64,000 nt of DNA, from positions 3,606 through 67,605 of the forward strand of contig JBLMWU010000214.1 in the NCBI GenBank assembly GCA_050257395.1. Direction: 5' to 3'. Positions 34,897 through 44,555 of this stretch are shown one piece after another (the first letter of the stretch is position 1; every line of letters begins with the position of its first letter). This DNA is from Gemmatimonadota bacterium. Its GTDB lineage: Bacteria; Actinomycetota; Actinomycetes; Streptosporangiales; Streptosporangiaceae. The notes under the pieces are model-generated. The model was not told where the DNA came from and ran no database searches. It saw only the letters and a program-made list of their open reading frames with translations. The translations under genes were made by a program, and so were the position numbers.

Positions 34897-36349
34897 CGTC
34901 GTGCACGCTGGCCTGGAAGGTGCCCGCGTCATCGGGCAGCCGGGTGAACCAGATGAGCAGGTAGCGGCCGTGCACCGGGCTGCGGAGCCGCAGGTTCACC
35001 AGGCCGGACACCCCGTCCGCGCGGGCGACCGTCCGCAGTGTGCCCGGTGCGGAGCCGGCCTTCAGCTCAAAGGTGGCGCCGGGCGCACTGCCCAGGGTGA
35101 CCCGCGCGCCGGTGATGGTTGCCGCGCGCCCCAGGTCGACCAGCAGGCCGGTGCCGGAGTAGAGGTTGCCGAAGCTCGCGGAGGTGTACCAGTCCGTGTG
35201 CCACGCGCTGCCCGGGCTGTGGTCCACCGCCAGGTGCGCGAGGTCGGTGTTGTCGCCCTGGCCCGCGCCCCCGCTGCCGAAGGCCACCGCGCTGGCGGGG
35301 CTCAGCGGCTTGCTGACCACATTGGGCGGCGTGGTCACCACGGGCGGGGTCGGGGTGGGCGACGCGGCAGGCGTGAGCCGGGTGCGCTGCGGCACGGGTG
35401 TCCCGCTGCCGTGCTCGGCGGGATGCTGGGTGCCGGCCCGGCCGCTGGCCGCGGGCGCCGCCGCGGGCGACGGCTGGCCGCCGGAGCCCGACATCAGCTG
35501 GTAGCCAATCAAACCGAACGCCAGCACCACGGCCACCGCGAGGACAGCCGTCCAGTTCAGCCGCTGACGCAGCGGTGCGCTCCCGGCTGCGCGGCGCCCC
35601 GCCGCCGGGGTACGCCAGATTGTCGGGCTCGACGTCCCCCAGGGTGCGGGGCCCTGCTCATCCCGCTGCACTCCATCCGGCATGCCACCCGGCCAGGGGG
35701 CTGGCTGCGGCACGGGCCCGGCGCCCGGCTCCGGCTCACGCCAGCTGCCCGGCTCCGGCACAGGCCCGGCACCCGGCTCCGGCTCACGCCAGCTGCCCGG
35801 CTCCGGCACAGGCCCGCTGCCCGGCTCACGCCAGCTGCCCGGCTCACCCGGATGGCTGGTGCCGGGCCCGCCCACCGGCCCGGCGCCCGGAATGCCGAGC
35901 GGCCCGGTGTCGGCCTCATCCGGTGACCTGGCGCCCGGCCTGCCCGGCTGCCCCGGTCCCGGCGCATCCCCTGGCCAGGTGCCGGGTTCCCGCACCGGCC
36001 CGGTGCCGGGGCCGTCCGGCGGCCCCGGGGGCGGCGGCGTGCCCGCGTCCCCGGGCGGCGCGACCCGGCTATCGGTGATCAGGTCCATCACGTGCCGCAC
36101 GTCCGTGCTGCCGCCCTGCTCACGCCAGACCCGGTCGTACTCGGTGACGAGCGGCACCGGGTCGGTGCCGATGACCTTGGCGATGCTGCGGATGTGACCG
36201 CGGGCGTAGAAGTCGCCGCCGCACACGGAGAAGTCGTCGGCTTCGATGCCGCGGATGATGCCTTCCCGGATCCGGGTCCGCTGACTGACGTCCGCCACCG
36301 TGAGTCCAGCCTGCTGGCGCGCTTCCGCAAGGGACCGGCCGATGCTCAC
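34874..36349 (-). CDS. RodZ-like protein: XRE-type HTH, Pro-rich repeat linker, one TM helix and a C-terminal DUF4115-like domain
   Basis: N-terminal HTH MSIGRSLAEARQQAGLTVADVSQRTRIREGIIRGIE. TM helix VLAVAVVLAFGLIGYQLM. The C-terminal GRYLLIWFTRL region resembles the RodZ periplasmic domain. Confidence 0.6.
   Translation of the reverse strand: MSIGRSLAEARQQAGLTVADVSQRTRIREGIIRGIEADDFSVCGGDFYARGHIRSIAKVIGTDPVPLVTEYDRVWREQGGSTDVRHVMDLITDSRVAPPGDAGTPPPPGPPDGPGTGPVREPGTWPGDAPGPGQPGRPGARSPDEADTGPLGIPGAGPVGGPGTSHPGEPGSWREPGSGPVPEPGSWREPEPGAGPVPEPGSWREPEPGAGPVPQPAPWPGGMPDGVQRDEQGPAPWGTSSPTIWRTPAAGRRAAGSAPLRQRLNWTAVLAVAVVLAFGLIGYQLMSGSGGQPSPAAAPAASGRAGTQHPAEHGSGTPVPQRTRLTPAASPTPTPPVVTTPPNVVSKPLSPASAVAFGSGGAGQGDNTDLAHLAVDHSPGSAWHTDWYTSASFGNLYSGTGLLVDLGRAATITGARVTLGSAPGATFELKAGSAPGTLRTVARADGVSGLVNLRLRSPVHGRYLLIWFTRLPDDAGTFQASVHDVKVTVQA
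35640..35880. repeat. Intragenic tandem DNA repeat (about 48-bp period) encoding PEPGSWREPEPGAGPV repeats within the RodZ-like gene
   Basis: Seen directly: ggctccggctcacgccagctgcccggctccggcacaggcccg... repeated about three times. Confidence 0.7.
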
Positions 36350-36490
36350 GCTGTGCCTCCGCTGCCGTAGTGCACTGGGCGCCGCCAGTGCCGCGCGCTG
36401 ACTACGGTCATGCCCCCGTGTACCACCGATATGCGCGCCGCGGAAGCCCTGGCCGCATATCAGGTGGTCAGCACCACGGCCGGAGTTGCC

Positions 36491-37257
36491 TCAGCGGACG
36501 GACCGCTCCGGCCGGTGGCCGGTGAACAGGTGCCGCGGCCCGTGACCGCCGCCCGCGGCGTCCCCGCCGATGCGCGCCCCGGGCTCAAATCCCGCCTCGG
36601 CCAGCAGCCGGAGCCAGGTGCGGCGGCGGAACGCCCCGAGCCGGTGCGTCTCCTTCACGACCTCGGTGGCACCTGCCGCGTCCCGCAGCGTGAACTCGTA
36701 GTCCACCTGCACCCATTCGTCGGACGGATCCGGGTCCCAGGCCCATTCCCGGAAACTGCCCTGGCGCCCAGACGCGTCGCTGCCGCCGCCACCGCCGCTG
36801 CCCGCCCGGAAGGTCTCGGCCAGATGGTCCGGGACGAACACCGCGATGCCGCCCGGGCGGCAGTGGGCGAATGCCGTGGCGATCACCTGGCGCAGTTCCC
36901 CGCGGGTGGTGACGTAGTCGATCGCGTCGTGCACCAGGACGGCGTCGAACAGCCGCCCCAGCCGCAGTGTCCGCATGTCCCCGGGCAGGTGGGCGCACTC
37001 GGGGTTGAGCTGGCGCGAGACCGCGAGCATGTCCTCCGACAGGTCCACCAGGGTCAGCCAGAACCGGTCCTTGAGATGCACCGCCACGTGCCCGCCGCCA
37101 CTGCCCAGGTCGAGCACCTCGCGTACGTCTATCGCCGCCTCGCCGAAGACCGAGGCCAGGTAGCCGGCTTCGGCCACGTACTCCCCCGGCGGGGAGATCA
37201 GCGGCCACCATTCCGCCAGCTCCCGGTACAGGCGGTATCCGTCCGGTGGGCTCGTCA
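36491..37257 (-). CDS. Class I SAM-dependent methyltransferase
   Basis: Motif I VLDLGSGGGHVAV and motif post-I/II are present. GTG start chosen to avoid overlap with the upstream gene. Confidence 0.55.
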
Positions 37258-37368
37258 CCCCACCATCTTCGCCCCGGGCAGGCGGTGCTCCCGGCAGGCC
37301 GGCCCCGGCAGGCTGGCCACGGCAGGCCGGTCGCCCGGCAGGCACCAGCCCGGCGGCGTCGGTCCCGG

Positions 37369-38199
37369 TTACCCGGGTGAGCCGCCGGAGACCTGCTCGG
37401 CCAGCAGCTGCTGCAGCCACTCCTCGCTCGCACCGGCCACCCGCGGCGGGATGCCCAGCTCCCGCAGGAGCTCACCGGCGGCTGCCATCTCGTCGGCGCG
37501 CCGCCGGGCGTGCCGGATGCTGCCCTGCTCCAGCCGGTCGAGCGTGCCCGCGGAGGCGCTGGCCAGCTCACGGCGGATGTTGTCCCGGATCCAGTCCCCA
37601 CAGCCGGCCGCCTCGGCGGCACGCAGCGACTCGATGACCGCGGCGGCCAGCCCCTTGTAGAAGACGCTGCGCACCAGCTTGCGGGCGGCGGCGGTGCCGG
37701 GCGGGCCGGGCAGCACCTCCACGCTCGCGCCGAGCCGGCGGAAGGCGTCCGCGAACGGCCCGGCGGCCGGGCCGGACGCGAGCATCGGCGTGTGCAGCCC
37801 ATTGCCCGGCACCGGCGACATGAGCGCGATGTCCGCGAAGCTCACGCCGGCGCCGGCGGCGAGCTCCCCGAGGCTGGCCTTCAGCCCGGCGGACGCGGTG
37901 TTCATCTCGGCGTACAGGGCGCCCGGGCGGATGCCGGGCAGCGCGAGCCGCAGGGTCTCCTCAGCGTCGTGCGCGCTGGTCAGCGCGAGCACGATGTCCG
38001 CGCCCCGGCTGGCGCCGGCGTCATCGGCGCAGGCGACGACGCCGGGGCCGGCCGCCACCCGCGGGTCGAACCCGCGCACCACCGCACCGGCCGCGCACAG
38101 CCCGGCGGCGATCTCAGAGCCGGCTTCGCCCAGCCCGAGCACGGCCACGACCGGCCGGGCCTGGCCGGCCGGGGCATCGGCGCTTCCTGATCCGGCCAT
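37369..38199 (-). CDS. NAD(P)-binding oxidoreductase (6PGDH-like N-terminal Rossmann domain plus DUF1932-like C-terminus)
   Basis: VVAVLGLGEAGSEIAAGL Rossmann motif. Start chosen at the internal Met before the Rossmann fold. Confidence 0.5.
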   Translation of the reverse strand: MAGSGSADAPAGQARPVVAVLGLGEAGSEIAAGLCAAGAVVRGFDPRVAAGPGVVACADDAGASRGADIVLALTSAHDAEETLRLALPGIRPGALYAEMNTASAGLKASLGELAAGAGVSFADIALMSPVPGNGLHTPMLASGPAAGPFADAFRRLGASVEVLPGPPGTAAARKLVRSVFYKGLAAAVIESLRAAEAAGCGDWIRDNIRRELASASAGTLDRLEQGSIRHARRRADEMAAAGELLRELGIPPRVAGASEEWLQQLLAEQVSGGSPG

Positions 38200-38510
38200 C
38201 GCGTCACGCACCTCGCACACCTCGCTGATCCCGCGGTCGCCCCCAGCGTAGGCAGGCCGGCGGCTGGCGCAGAGCCGGGGCGGCCGCTGGCGCCGGGCCG
38301 GGGCGGCCGCCGACCCGCCTCCGGGCCGCGCGGGGATCTGGTCGAACATGTCTGCGACTGTCACCTGCAGGATGCGACACGCATCGAACATACGTTTGAC
38401 AGCCAGCGGTGCATGCGGAAAGGTGGTTGTCGCGTTCGGATGCGCGGCAGCACCGGCCATTCCCGGCCGCTGCCGGGCGCCTATTTCACTGTGACGAGGA
38501 GGGCGGTCCT

Positions 38511-39062
38511 GTGGGCCAGAAAACTGTCCGGTTCAGCGACCTGAGCGGCCAGCTGATCATGGACGACGACATGCCAGCGCGCATCGTGGTCCAGGAGCAT
38601 CCCGAGCTTGCCGACGGCCCGGTCGAGATCGAAGCCCTCACCGAGGAGGCCCGGGCCATCGAGAAGGGGGCCATGCGGGTGGCCGTGGTGGACCTGTACT
38701 TCGCGGGCGGGGAGACCCGCCGGGTGGCCATGCCGGCCGAGGCGTTCGACAAGCTCGCCAAAGACAAGCCGATGAGCGAGCTCCTCATCGCCGCCCGGCC
38801 CGCCAAGCGCGCGCCGCGGGCGGCGGCGCCCGCAACGCGCGGTGACCGGCTCAACTACGCGACCCTCGAGCACGCGGGCAAGCCGCACCGCGGCAAGGTC
38901 ACCGACGAGGAGAAGCAGCTGGTCCGGGACCATCTCGACGAGATCAACAAGCGGCTCGCCGCGGAGGGATCGCGCACCATCAGCCTCACCGACCCCGACC
39001 ACGTGGAGCGGTACGGCCTCGAAGACCTCAGCGGCGAGGGGGCCGCGGCGGCCGCAGCCTGA
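38511..39062 (+). CDS. Hypothetical protein, tentatively Lsr2-like nucleoid-associated protein
   Basis: GTG start with RBS GAGGAGG. N-terminal KTVRFSDLSGQ resembles the Lsr2 KVTVTLVDDFDG dimerisation motif. C-terminal HRGKVT resembles the Lsr2 RGRIP AT-hook region. This is a weak, unverified resemblance. Confidence 0.3.
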   Translation: MGQKTVRFSDLSGQLIMDDDMPARIVVQEHPELADGPVEIEALTEEARAIEKGAMRVAVVDLYFAGGETRRVAMPAEAFDKLAKDKPMSELLIAARPAKRAPRAAAPATRGDRLNYATLEHAGKPHRGKVTDEEKQLVRDHLDEINKRLAAEGSRTISLTDPDHVERYGLEDLSGEGAAAAAA

Positions 39063-39379
39063 GCGGCAGGCCAGCGGGCGGCTGGGCGCCCGCGGTGCGA
39101 CGGCGGTGAGAAACCGGTGCGGTTTCTCACCGCCGTCGGCTGCCCGGCCATGGTTCCGCCGGCGCAGAGTTGCGATCTTCCCGGCCGGGGCGCCGGGCAT
39201 CCCGGACGCGTCCGCCCCATGACCAGGCACATGACACGCCGGAGCGCCTCCGGCACCTCATTCCGGGGTCCTGCCTTCACACCGAGTTACCGTGGGACTT
39301 GTGCTGACATACGCTGTTCCGCGCCAGCCGCCGGGCTCGGCCTGGCCGGCGGCTGCCACCTCTCCCCCGCGGAGGCCGC

Positions 39380-39646
39380 ATGAAGGCCCGGGCTGACACC
39401 CGCCGCTCCAAGCGGGCCCGCGCGGCGCCGGCCGATCACGCCGGCAGCGTGCTGTGCCGGCTGCTGATGGACCATCCGGACGTCGCCGGCATCGAGCTCC
39501 TCGGCCAGGCCGAGATCATCGAAGGGACCATCTGCTACTCGCTCGGCGTGTTCCTGCCGGACGGCCGGGAACTCTACATCGACGTCGAAGACGCGCCTGC
39601 ACCCCAGCGCCAGGCAGGCCGGCAACCGCGGGCAGCGGCCCGCTGA
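39380..39646 (+). CDS. Small hypothetical protein
   Basis: ORF only; weak. Confidence 0.2.
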   Translation: MKARADTRRSKRARAAPADHAGSVLCRLLMDHPDVAGIELLGQAEIIEGTICYSLGVFLPDGRELYIDVEDAPAPQRQAGRQPRAAAR

Positions 39647-39695
39647 CCCGCCGGGCGGGCAGCGGGCCGGCGGCGGTCAGCGGGCCGGCGGCGGC

Positions 39696-41216
39696 TCAGC
39701 CATGGGTCACCCAGGGCATCGGCAGCTTCGCCCACCAGGTCACGAGGCTGTTGCCGCTGTTGCCCGAGGTGTCCATCAGCAGCAGGTCCTTGGTGTCGGT
39801 GAAGGTGATGTCGGGCGAGCCCTGGTACATGTACTCGACCATCCGGCCGGCCGTCGTGCTGCCGGGGCCGTACGGCGTCTCGCAGGGCGTGAACGACGTG
39901 AACGAGTGGCAGCTGCCGGAGTCGCGGGTCGTCTTCGCGTACTTTCTCAGGAACGTGTCGTACGTGGCGTTCAGGTCACTGGTGTTGCTGAACAGGTAGT
40001 AGTCCACGAAGCCGGCCGGGATGTTGGGCACGTTGTGGCACCAGATCTCGGCGGTCTCACCGGCCGCCTGCGGCGTCTTGGTCATGCAGTTGCCCTTGGC
40101 CAGGAACGCCGCCGGGATCAGGGTCCGCAGGTGCGCGAGTGCCGCCGAGTTCGACGCCGGGCTGGAGCCCGTTGACGCGGCCGGGCTGGATGCCGCGGGC
40201 GTCGACGGCGCCGGCGCGGGCTTGTGGCTGAACGGCGGCAGCGACGCCGCCCCCGCGATGCCCAGGTAGAGCACGATCACCACGAGCACGCTGATGCCCG
40301 TGATCAGCGGGCCGCGGGACTTGCGGGCCCGCGGCGCCGGCCCCCAGGGTGCGGGGGCCTGCGGGAAGCCCGTGTTGCCCTGGCCGCCCCAGCCCGCCGG
40401 GCCCGCGCCGGGGGCTGGCGGCTGGTTGAAGCCGGCCCCGGCAGGCGGGTTGCTGAACCGGTACCCGCCAGCGGCTGGCTGCTGGAAGGCCCCCGGGGGC
40501 TGGTTCATCGGCCCGGTCGCGGGCGCCTGGCCGGCCGGCGGCGGGCTGAACCCGCCGGGCTGCGGCGGCTGGTTGAACCCGCCGGGCGCGGGCGGCGGGG
40601 GGAACGCGCCGCCCGGCGGCTGGTTGAAGCCGGCCGGCTGCCCCGGCGCGGGGGTGGGGGCCGGGCCGGCCGCGGCGGCGGCCGCCGGCATCATGGTCGG
40701 CGCGTCCATGGGCGCGGGGGCGGGCATGGGCGCGGGAGCCGCCATCGGCTCGGGGGCCGGCATCGGCGGGGGCGGCGCCCCGCCGGCGCCCGCAGCGGCC
40801 GCGGGCATCGTGGGGGTCGGCGGTGCGGCCGCGGCCGGCCGCTGGCCTGCCGCGCCACCGCCAGCGTCAGCGGAGACCGGGTAGCCCAGCGCGCGGGCGA
40901 ACTCACGCACCACCCAGGTGCACGCGGCCGGGTCCAGTGACCGGCTGTCCGCGAGCGCCCCCGCGGTCAGCCGCACGGCCGCGTCCGGGCCGACGCCGCT
41001 GGCCTGCTGCTGCAGCATGCCCACCACGTCGGCGCGGGCCGCGCTGGCGATGAGGCTCGCCTCCCGCGGCAGCTCCGGCAGCCGGTCCTCGCAGATGCCC
41101 TCCAGGATGGTGGCATTCGAGAGAACCTTGATCCCGAAATCCGTGACGGCGGATTGCAGGACGGCCCGGGCTTCTCCCTGCGGGTCAAATGAGCGCGACA
41201 GACCATCACTCACAAT
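39696..41216 (-). CDS. Membrane protein: cytoplasmic N-terminal domain, Pro/Gly-rich GFNQPP repeat linker, one TM helix, Cys-containing extracytoplasmic C-terminal domain
   Basis: GTG start with RBS GGGAGG. TM helix LITGISVLVVIVLYLGIAGAA. The low-complexity repeat region spans about 40300-40700. Confidence 0.55.
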   Translation of the reverse strand: MVSDGLSRSFDPQGEARAVLQSAVTDFGIKVLSNATILEGICEDRLPELPREASLIASAARADVVGMLQQQASGVGPDAAVRLTAGALADSRSLDPAACTWVVREFARALGYPVSADAGGGAAGQRPAAAAPPTPTMPAAAAGAGGAPPPPMPAPEPMAAPAPMPAPAPMDAPTMMPAAAAAAGPAPTPAPGQPAGFNQPPGGAFPPPPAPGGFNQPPQPGGFSPPPAGQAPATGPMNQPPGAFQQPAAGGYRFSNPPAGAGFNQPPAPGAGPAGWGGQGNTGFPQAPAPWGPAPRARKSRGPLITGISVLVVIVLYLGIAGAASLPPFSHKPAPAPSTPAASSPAASTGSSPASNSAALAHLRTLIPAAFLAKGNCMTKTPQAAGETAEIWCHNVPNIPAGFVDYYLFSNTSDLNATYDTFLRKYAKTTRDSGSCHSFTSFTPCETPYGPGSTTAGRMVEYMYQGSPDITFTDTKDLLLMDTSGNSGNSLVTWWAKLPMPWVTHG

Positions 41217-41478
41217 GGACCTCCCCAATGGCGCTGACCGGCCTGCCGCCGATCCTGTTCCCCCCGGCCCCCTAGCGCCGAGAGTCGGATTGTAGCGGGT
41301 GCCGGTTATCGCCGGGTAGGCGCGCGAGCGCCAGATGGCTATGCTGTGTCCGCTGGTGACGGCGCGTTCGCCAGCGGGAGTCAGGAACGGCGGGGAGGGG
41401 GCTGCCGATGTCCGCGGAGTGTCGCCCCTCGGTGACTCGCCGTAACAGCGTGGGTGGCCGGCAGACAGGAACGGCGCA

Positions 41479-42201
41479 ATGACTGCGAGTGTGACCGTCA
41501 TGCCCGGCGGCGGAATTTCCCAGCGGCCGCTGCATTTCTTCATCCTCGCCGACTGCTCGGGGTCGATGAAAGCAAATGGGAAGATGCAGGCCCTGAACTT
41601 CGCCATTGCCAGCATGCTCCCCCACCTGGCCGCCTGGGAAAAAGATCAGGAGCAGGCGCAGGTGCTGCTGCGCGCCATCGCCTTCGCCGACCGGGCGGAA
41701 TGGCACATCGCCGATCCGGTGCCGGTCGCCGCGGCCCGCTGGACGGCGCTGCAGCCGGTGGACAAGGGACTCACCTACATGGGCAGCGCGTTCCGCCTCG
41801 CCGCCGAGGCGCTGGCGCCCGGGCGGCTGGAGACCCGCGCGCTGCGCCCGGTGATCCTGCTGATCACCGACGGCAAGCCGACCGATCCTGACGAGTTCGA
41901 GTCAGGGCTGCGGGCGCTGTTCGCCTGCCGGGCCGGCAAGGCCGCGATCCGGGTGGCGGTGGCCATCGGCCGCGGCGCCAACTCCGAGTACCTGGCCCGG
42001 TTCATCAACGACCCGGCGGTGCCGGTGCTGGTGGCGGACAGCGTGGAGCAGATCACCGAGCAGCTGATGACCGCCTCGCTGGCCGTGTCCCGGCTGTCAG
42101 AGGTCGGCGCGGACCGCGGCGCGGTCCTCAGCCGGCTGATGCCGCCGCTGCCAGCGGCGGCGGCCACGCCGGAAACTGTTGACGGGGACACGATTGTCTG
42201 A
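41479..42201 (+). CDS. von Willebrand factor A domain protein (TerY-like)
   Basis: MIDAS motif DCSGSM (DxSxS) followed by ITDGKPTD. Confidence 0.8.
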   Translation: MTASVTVMPGGGISQRPLHFFILADCSGSMKANGKMQALNFAIASMLPHLAAWEKDQEQAQVLLRAIAFADRAEWHIADPVPVAAARWTALQPVDKGLTYMGSAFRLAAEALAPGRLETRALRPVILLITDGKPTDPDEFESGLRALFACRAGKAAIRVAVAIGRGANSEYLARFINDPAVPVLVADSVEQITEQLMTASLAVSRLSEVGADRGAVLSRLMPPLPAAAATPETVDGDTIV

Positions 42202-42223
42202 GGTAGGGCCGCCGGCCGGCGGC

Positions 42224-43099
42224 ATGACCCCGCGCTGGCGGGTGCTGCTCGCCACCGCCCTGGGCGCGGCACACGAAGCGGCAGGGCGCCCGCTGCAGGA
42301 CGCCATCGCCCGGGCGGGTGACCCGGCCGGCGGCCCGCTGGCGGTCGCCGTGGCCGACGGCCACGGGCACCCGCGGCACGCCCGCAGCGCCCGCGGCGCG
42401 GCGCTCGCGGTCTCGGTGGCCACCACCGCCGCGGTGGAGCACGGCAGCCAGCTCGCTGCCGCCCCGACCGCCGCGGCGGCCTGCGAGATCGCACAGGCCA
42501 GCGTGGTTCCCGCGCTGATCGGCCGGTGGCGCGACGCGGTGGACGGGGACCTGGCGGACCATCCGGTGGAGGCCGCCGAGACGGCCCGGCTGCAGCCCGG
42601 TGACGAGCACGTGGTGCTGTACGGGACCACCCTGCTGCTGGCGGTCGCCGCCTATCCCTGGCTGGTGCTGTGCCAGATCGGCGACGGCGACATCGTGGTG
42701 GTGGACCGCGCCGGGCAGGCCGGCCTGCCCGTGCCGGGCGACAGCCGGCTGGACGGCTGGCGGACGACCAGCCTGTGCGAGGCCGATGCCCGGGACTCCT
42801 TCCGGTGCGGCACGGTGGACCTCGGCCGGCAGCAGGTGGCCGCGATCCTGCTGGCCACCGACGGCTACGGCAACGCCCAGGCGGCGGACCCGTGGCAGCA
42901 GCCGGTAGGCGCCGACCTGGTCGCCTTCGCCAGGGAGCGCGGCATCGCCTGGATGCGCGAGCAGCTGCCGCTGTGGGTGAGCATGTGCGCCTCGGCTGAG
43001 GGCAGCGGCGACGACACCGCCGTCGCGCTGCTGCTGGCCGAGGACATCCTGAAAGTGCCGACCGTGCCAATGGAGGATCCGGGGCTGAGCCGGCTATGA
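42224..43099 (+). CDS. PP2C-family Ser/Thr phosphatase
   Basis: VADGHGH, QIGDGD and LATDGYG metal-binding motifs are present. The stop overlaps the kinase start (ATGA). Confidence 0.8.
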   Translation: MTPRWRVLLATALGAAHEAAGRPLQDAIARAGDPAGGPLAVAVADGHGHPRHARSARGAALAVSVATTAAVEHGSQLAAAPTAAAACEIAQASVVPALIGRWRDAVDGDLADHPVEAAETARLQPGDEHVVLYGTTLLLAVAAYPWLVLCQIGDGDIVVVDRAGQAGLPVPGDSRLDGWRTTSLCEADARDSFRCGTVDLGRQQVAAILLATDGYGNAQAADPWQQPVGADLVAFARERGIAWMREQLPLWVSMCASAEGSGDDTAVALLLAEDILKVPTVPMEDPGLSRL

Positions 43100-44436
43100 C
43101 CACTGTCCAGGGGCTGTTCCCGGCCGTCGGGGACGTCGTGCGGATGGCGCGGGCCGGCAACCCGATCCGGCTCGAGGCGCGGGTGGCCGAGGGCGGCCAG
43201 GGCGTGGTCTACCGGGGGACGTCGGAGGGCAACACCCGGGTGGCCGTCAAGTGGTACCGGCCGGGCCCGCTCACCGACCGCCAGCAGGCGGCCATCGAGC
43301 AGCTCACCCTGCACCGCCGCCCGCACGACGCGTTCGCCTGGCCGATCGACATGGTGACCTGCGAGCGCGCCCGCGGCTTCGGCTACGTGATGCCCTGGGT
43401 GCCGGAGCGGTTCGGCTCCCTGGTGGAGCTGCTCCGGGCTCCCGAGCAGCCGCCGTTCCGGGTGATCGTGTCGATCGCCCGCCAGCTCGTGGACGCGTTC
43501 GCCGCCCTGCACGCGAGCGGGCTGTGCTACCGGGACATCAACTTCGGGAACCTGCTCGTCGACCCCGAGCGGCCCGAGGTGATCATCGTCGACAACGACA
43601 ACGTCGGCACCGAGGGCGGCGACGTCTTCGTCCGCGGCACGCTGCGGTTCATGGCGCCGGAGATCATCACCGGGCAGGCCGACCCCTCGACCGTCAGCGA
43701 CCTGCACTCGCTGGCCGTGTTCCTGTTCTTCCTGCTGGTGCACGGCCACCCGCTGGAAGGGCGCCGGGTGCGCGTCTCCTACACCTGGCAGGATGACGGC
43801 CACGTGTCCGAGACCACGCTGGCCATGCAGCATTTCGGGCTGAACCCGTGCTTCGTGTTCGACCCCGGCGACAATTCGAACCTGCCCGAGCCGGGCGACC
43901 CGATGCTGATCTGGTGGCCGATCTACCCCACCTTCATCCAGGCCCTGTTCACCCGGGCGTTCACCACCGGGCTCAAGGACGCCTCCCTCAGCGGGCGGAT
44001 CACCGAGGGGGAATGGCGGCGCGCCCTGGCCCGCCTGCACGACTGCGTGTCGGTGTGCCCGTGCACCGCCGCGGTGTTCTGGGACCCGGCGAACCCGCGC
44101 ATCAGGTGCTGGAACTGCGGGGCGACGGTGGCGGCGCCGCCGGTGCTGGAGATCGCGGGCCACTCGCTGGCCCTGTCCGAAGGTGCCGTCCTCACCCGCA
44201 ACCACCTCTCCCGCGGCAGCGACTACCTGACCCCGATCGGGCTGGTGGAGCGGCATCCGCGGCAGCCGGAGCAGGTGGTCCTGCGCAACGTCAGCGACGC
44301 GCCCTGGACCGTTGAACCGGACGGCGAGGGAGTCAAGAGCGTGGCGCCCGGCCAGCGGCTGGGGGTGCGGCCGATGACCATCCGGTTCGGGACTGTCCGC
44401 GGGGCGATCAGGGTTCCCGGCGCTGACCATCAGTGA
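43096..44436 (+). CDS. Ser/Thr protein kinase-like protein (TerY-P triad kinase) with C-terminal extension
   Basis: GQGVVYRG, VAVKW, catalytic loop YRDINFGNLLV, DFG-equivalent and GTLRFMAPE are present. A C-terminal Cys cluster (CVSVCPC...CWNCG) may bind zinc. Confidence 0.75.
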   Translation: MTTVQGLFPAVGDVVRMARAGNPIRLEARVAEGGQGVVYRGTSEGNTRVAVKWYRPGPLTDRQQAAIEQLTLHRRPHDAFAWPIDMVTCERARGFGYVMPWVPERFGSLVELLRAPEQPPFRVIVSIARQLVDAFAALHASGLCYRDINFGNLLVDPERPEVIIVDNDNVGTEGGDVFVRGTLRFMAPEIITGQADPSTVSDLHSLAVFLFFLLVHGHPLEGRRVRVSYTWQDDGHVSETTLAMQHFGLNPCFVFDPGDNSNLPEPGDPMLIWWPIYPTFIQALFTRAFTTGLKDASLSGRITEGEWRRALARLHDCVSVCPCTAAVFWDPANPRIRCWNCGATVAAPPVLEIAGHSLALSEGAVLTRNHLSRGSDYLTPIGLVERHPRQPEQVVLRNVSDAPWTVEPDGEGVKSVAPGQRLGVRPMTIRFGTVRGAIRVPGADHQ

Positions 44437-44555
44437 CCGGGTGAACTGTTCCGTTTGCCGGTATTCCGCTGCCATAATGCGGCTACCGCCGCGCCGGGGC
44501 GGCCGCTATCCGGGCCGCCCGCCGGCCGGCTCGCGGGGGGAAGGCGGGAAAGCCC

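Noticed and set aside
40300-40700. Possible CRISPR-like or tandem array
   Set aside because: The periodicity comes from codons for the GFNQPP/Pro-Gly low-complexity linker inside a coding gene. There are no spacer-repeat structure and no cas genes.
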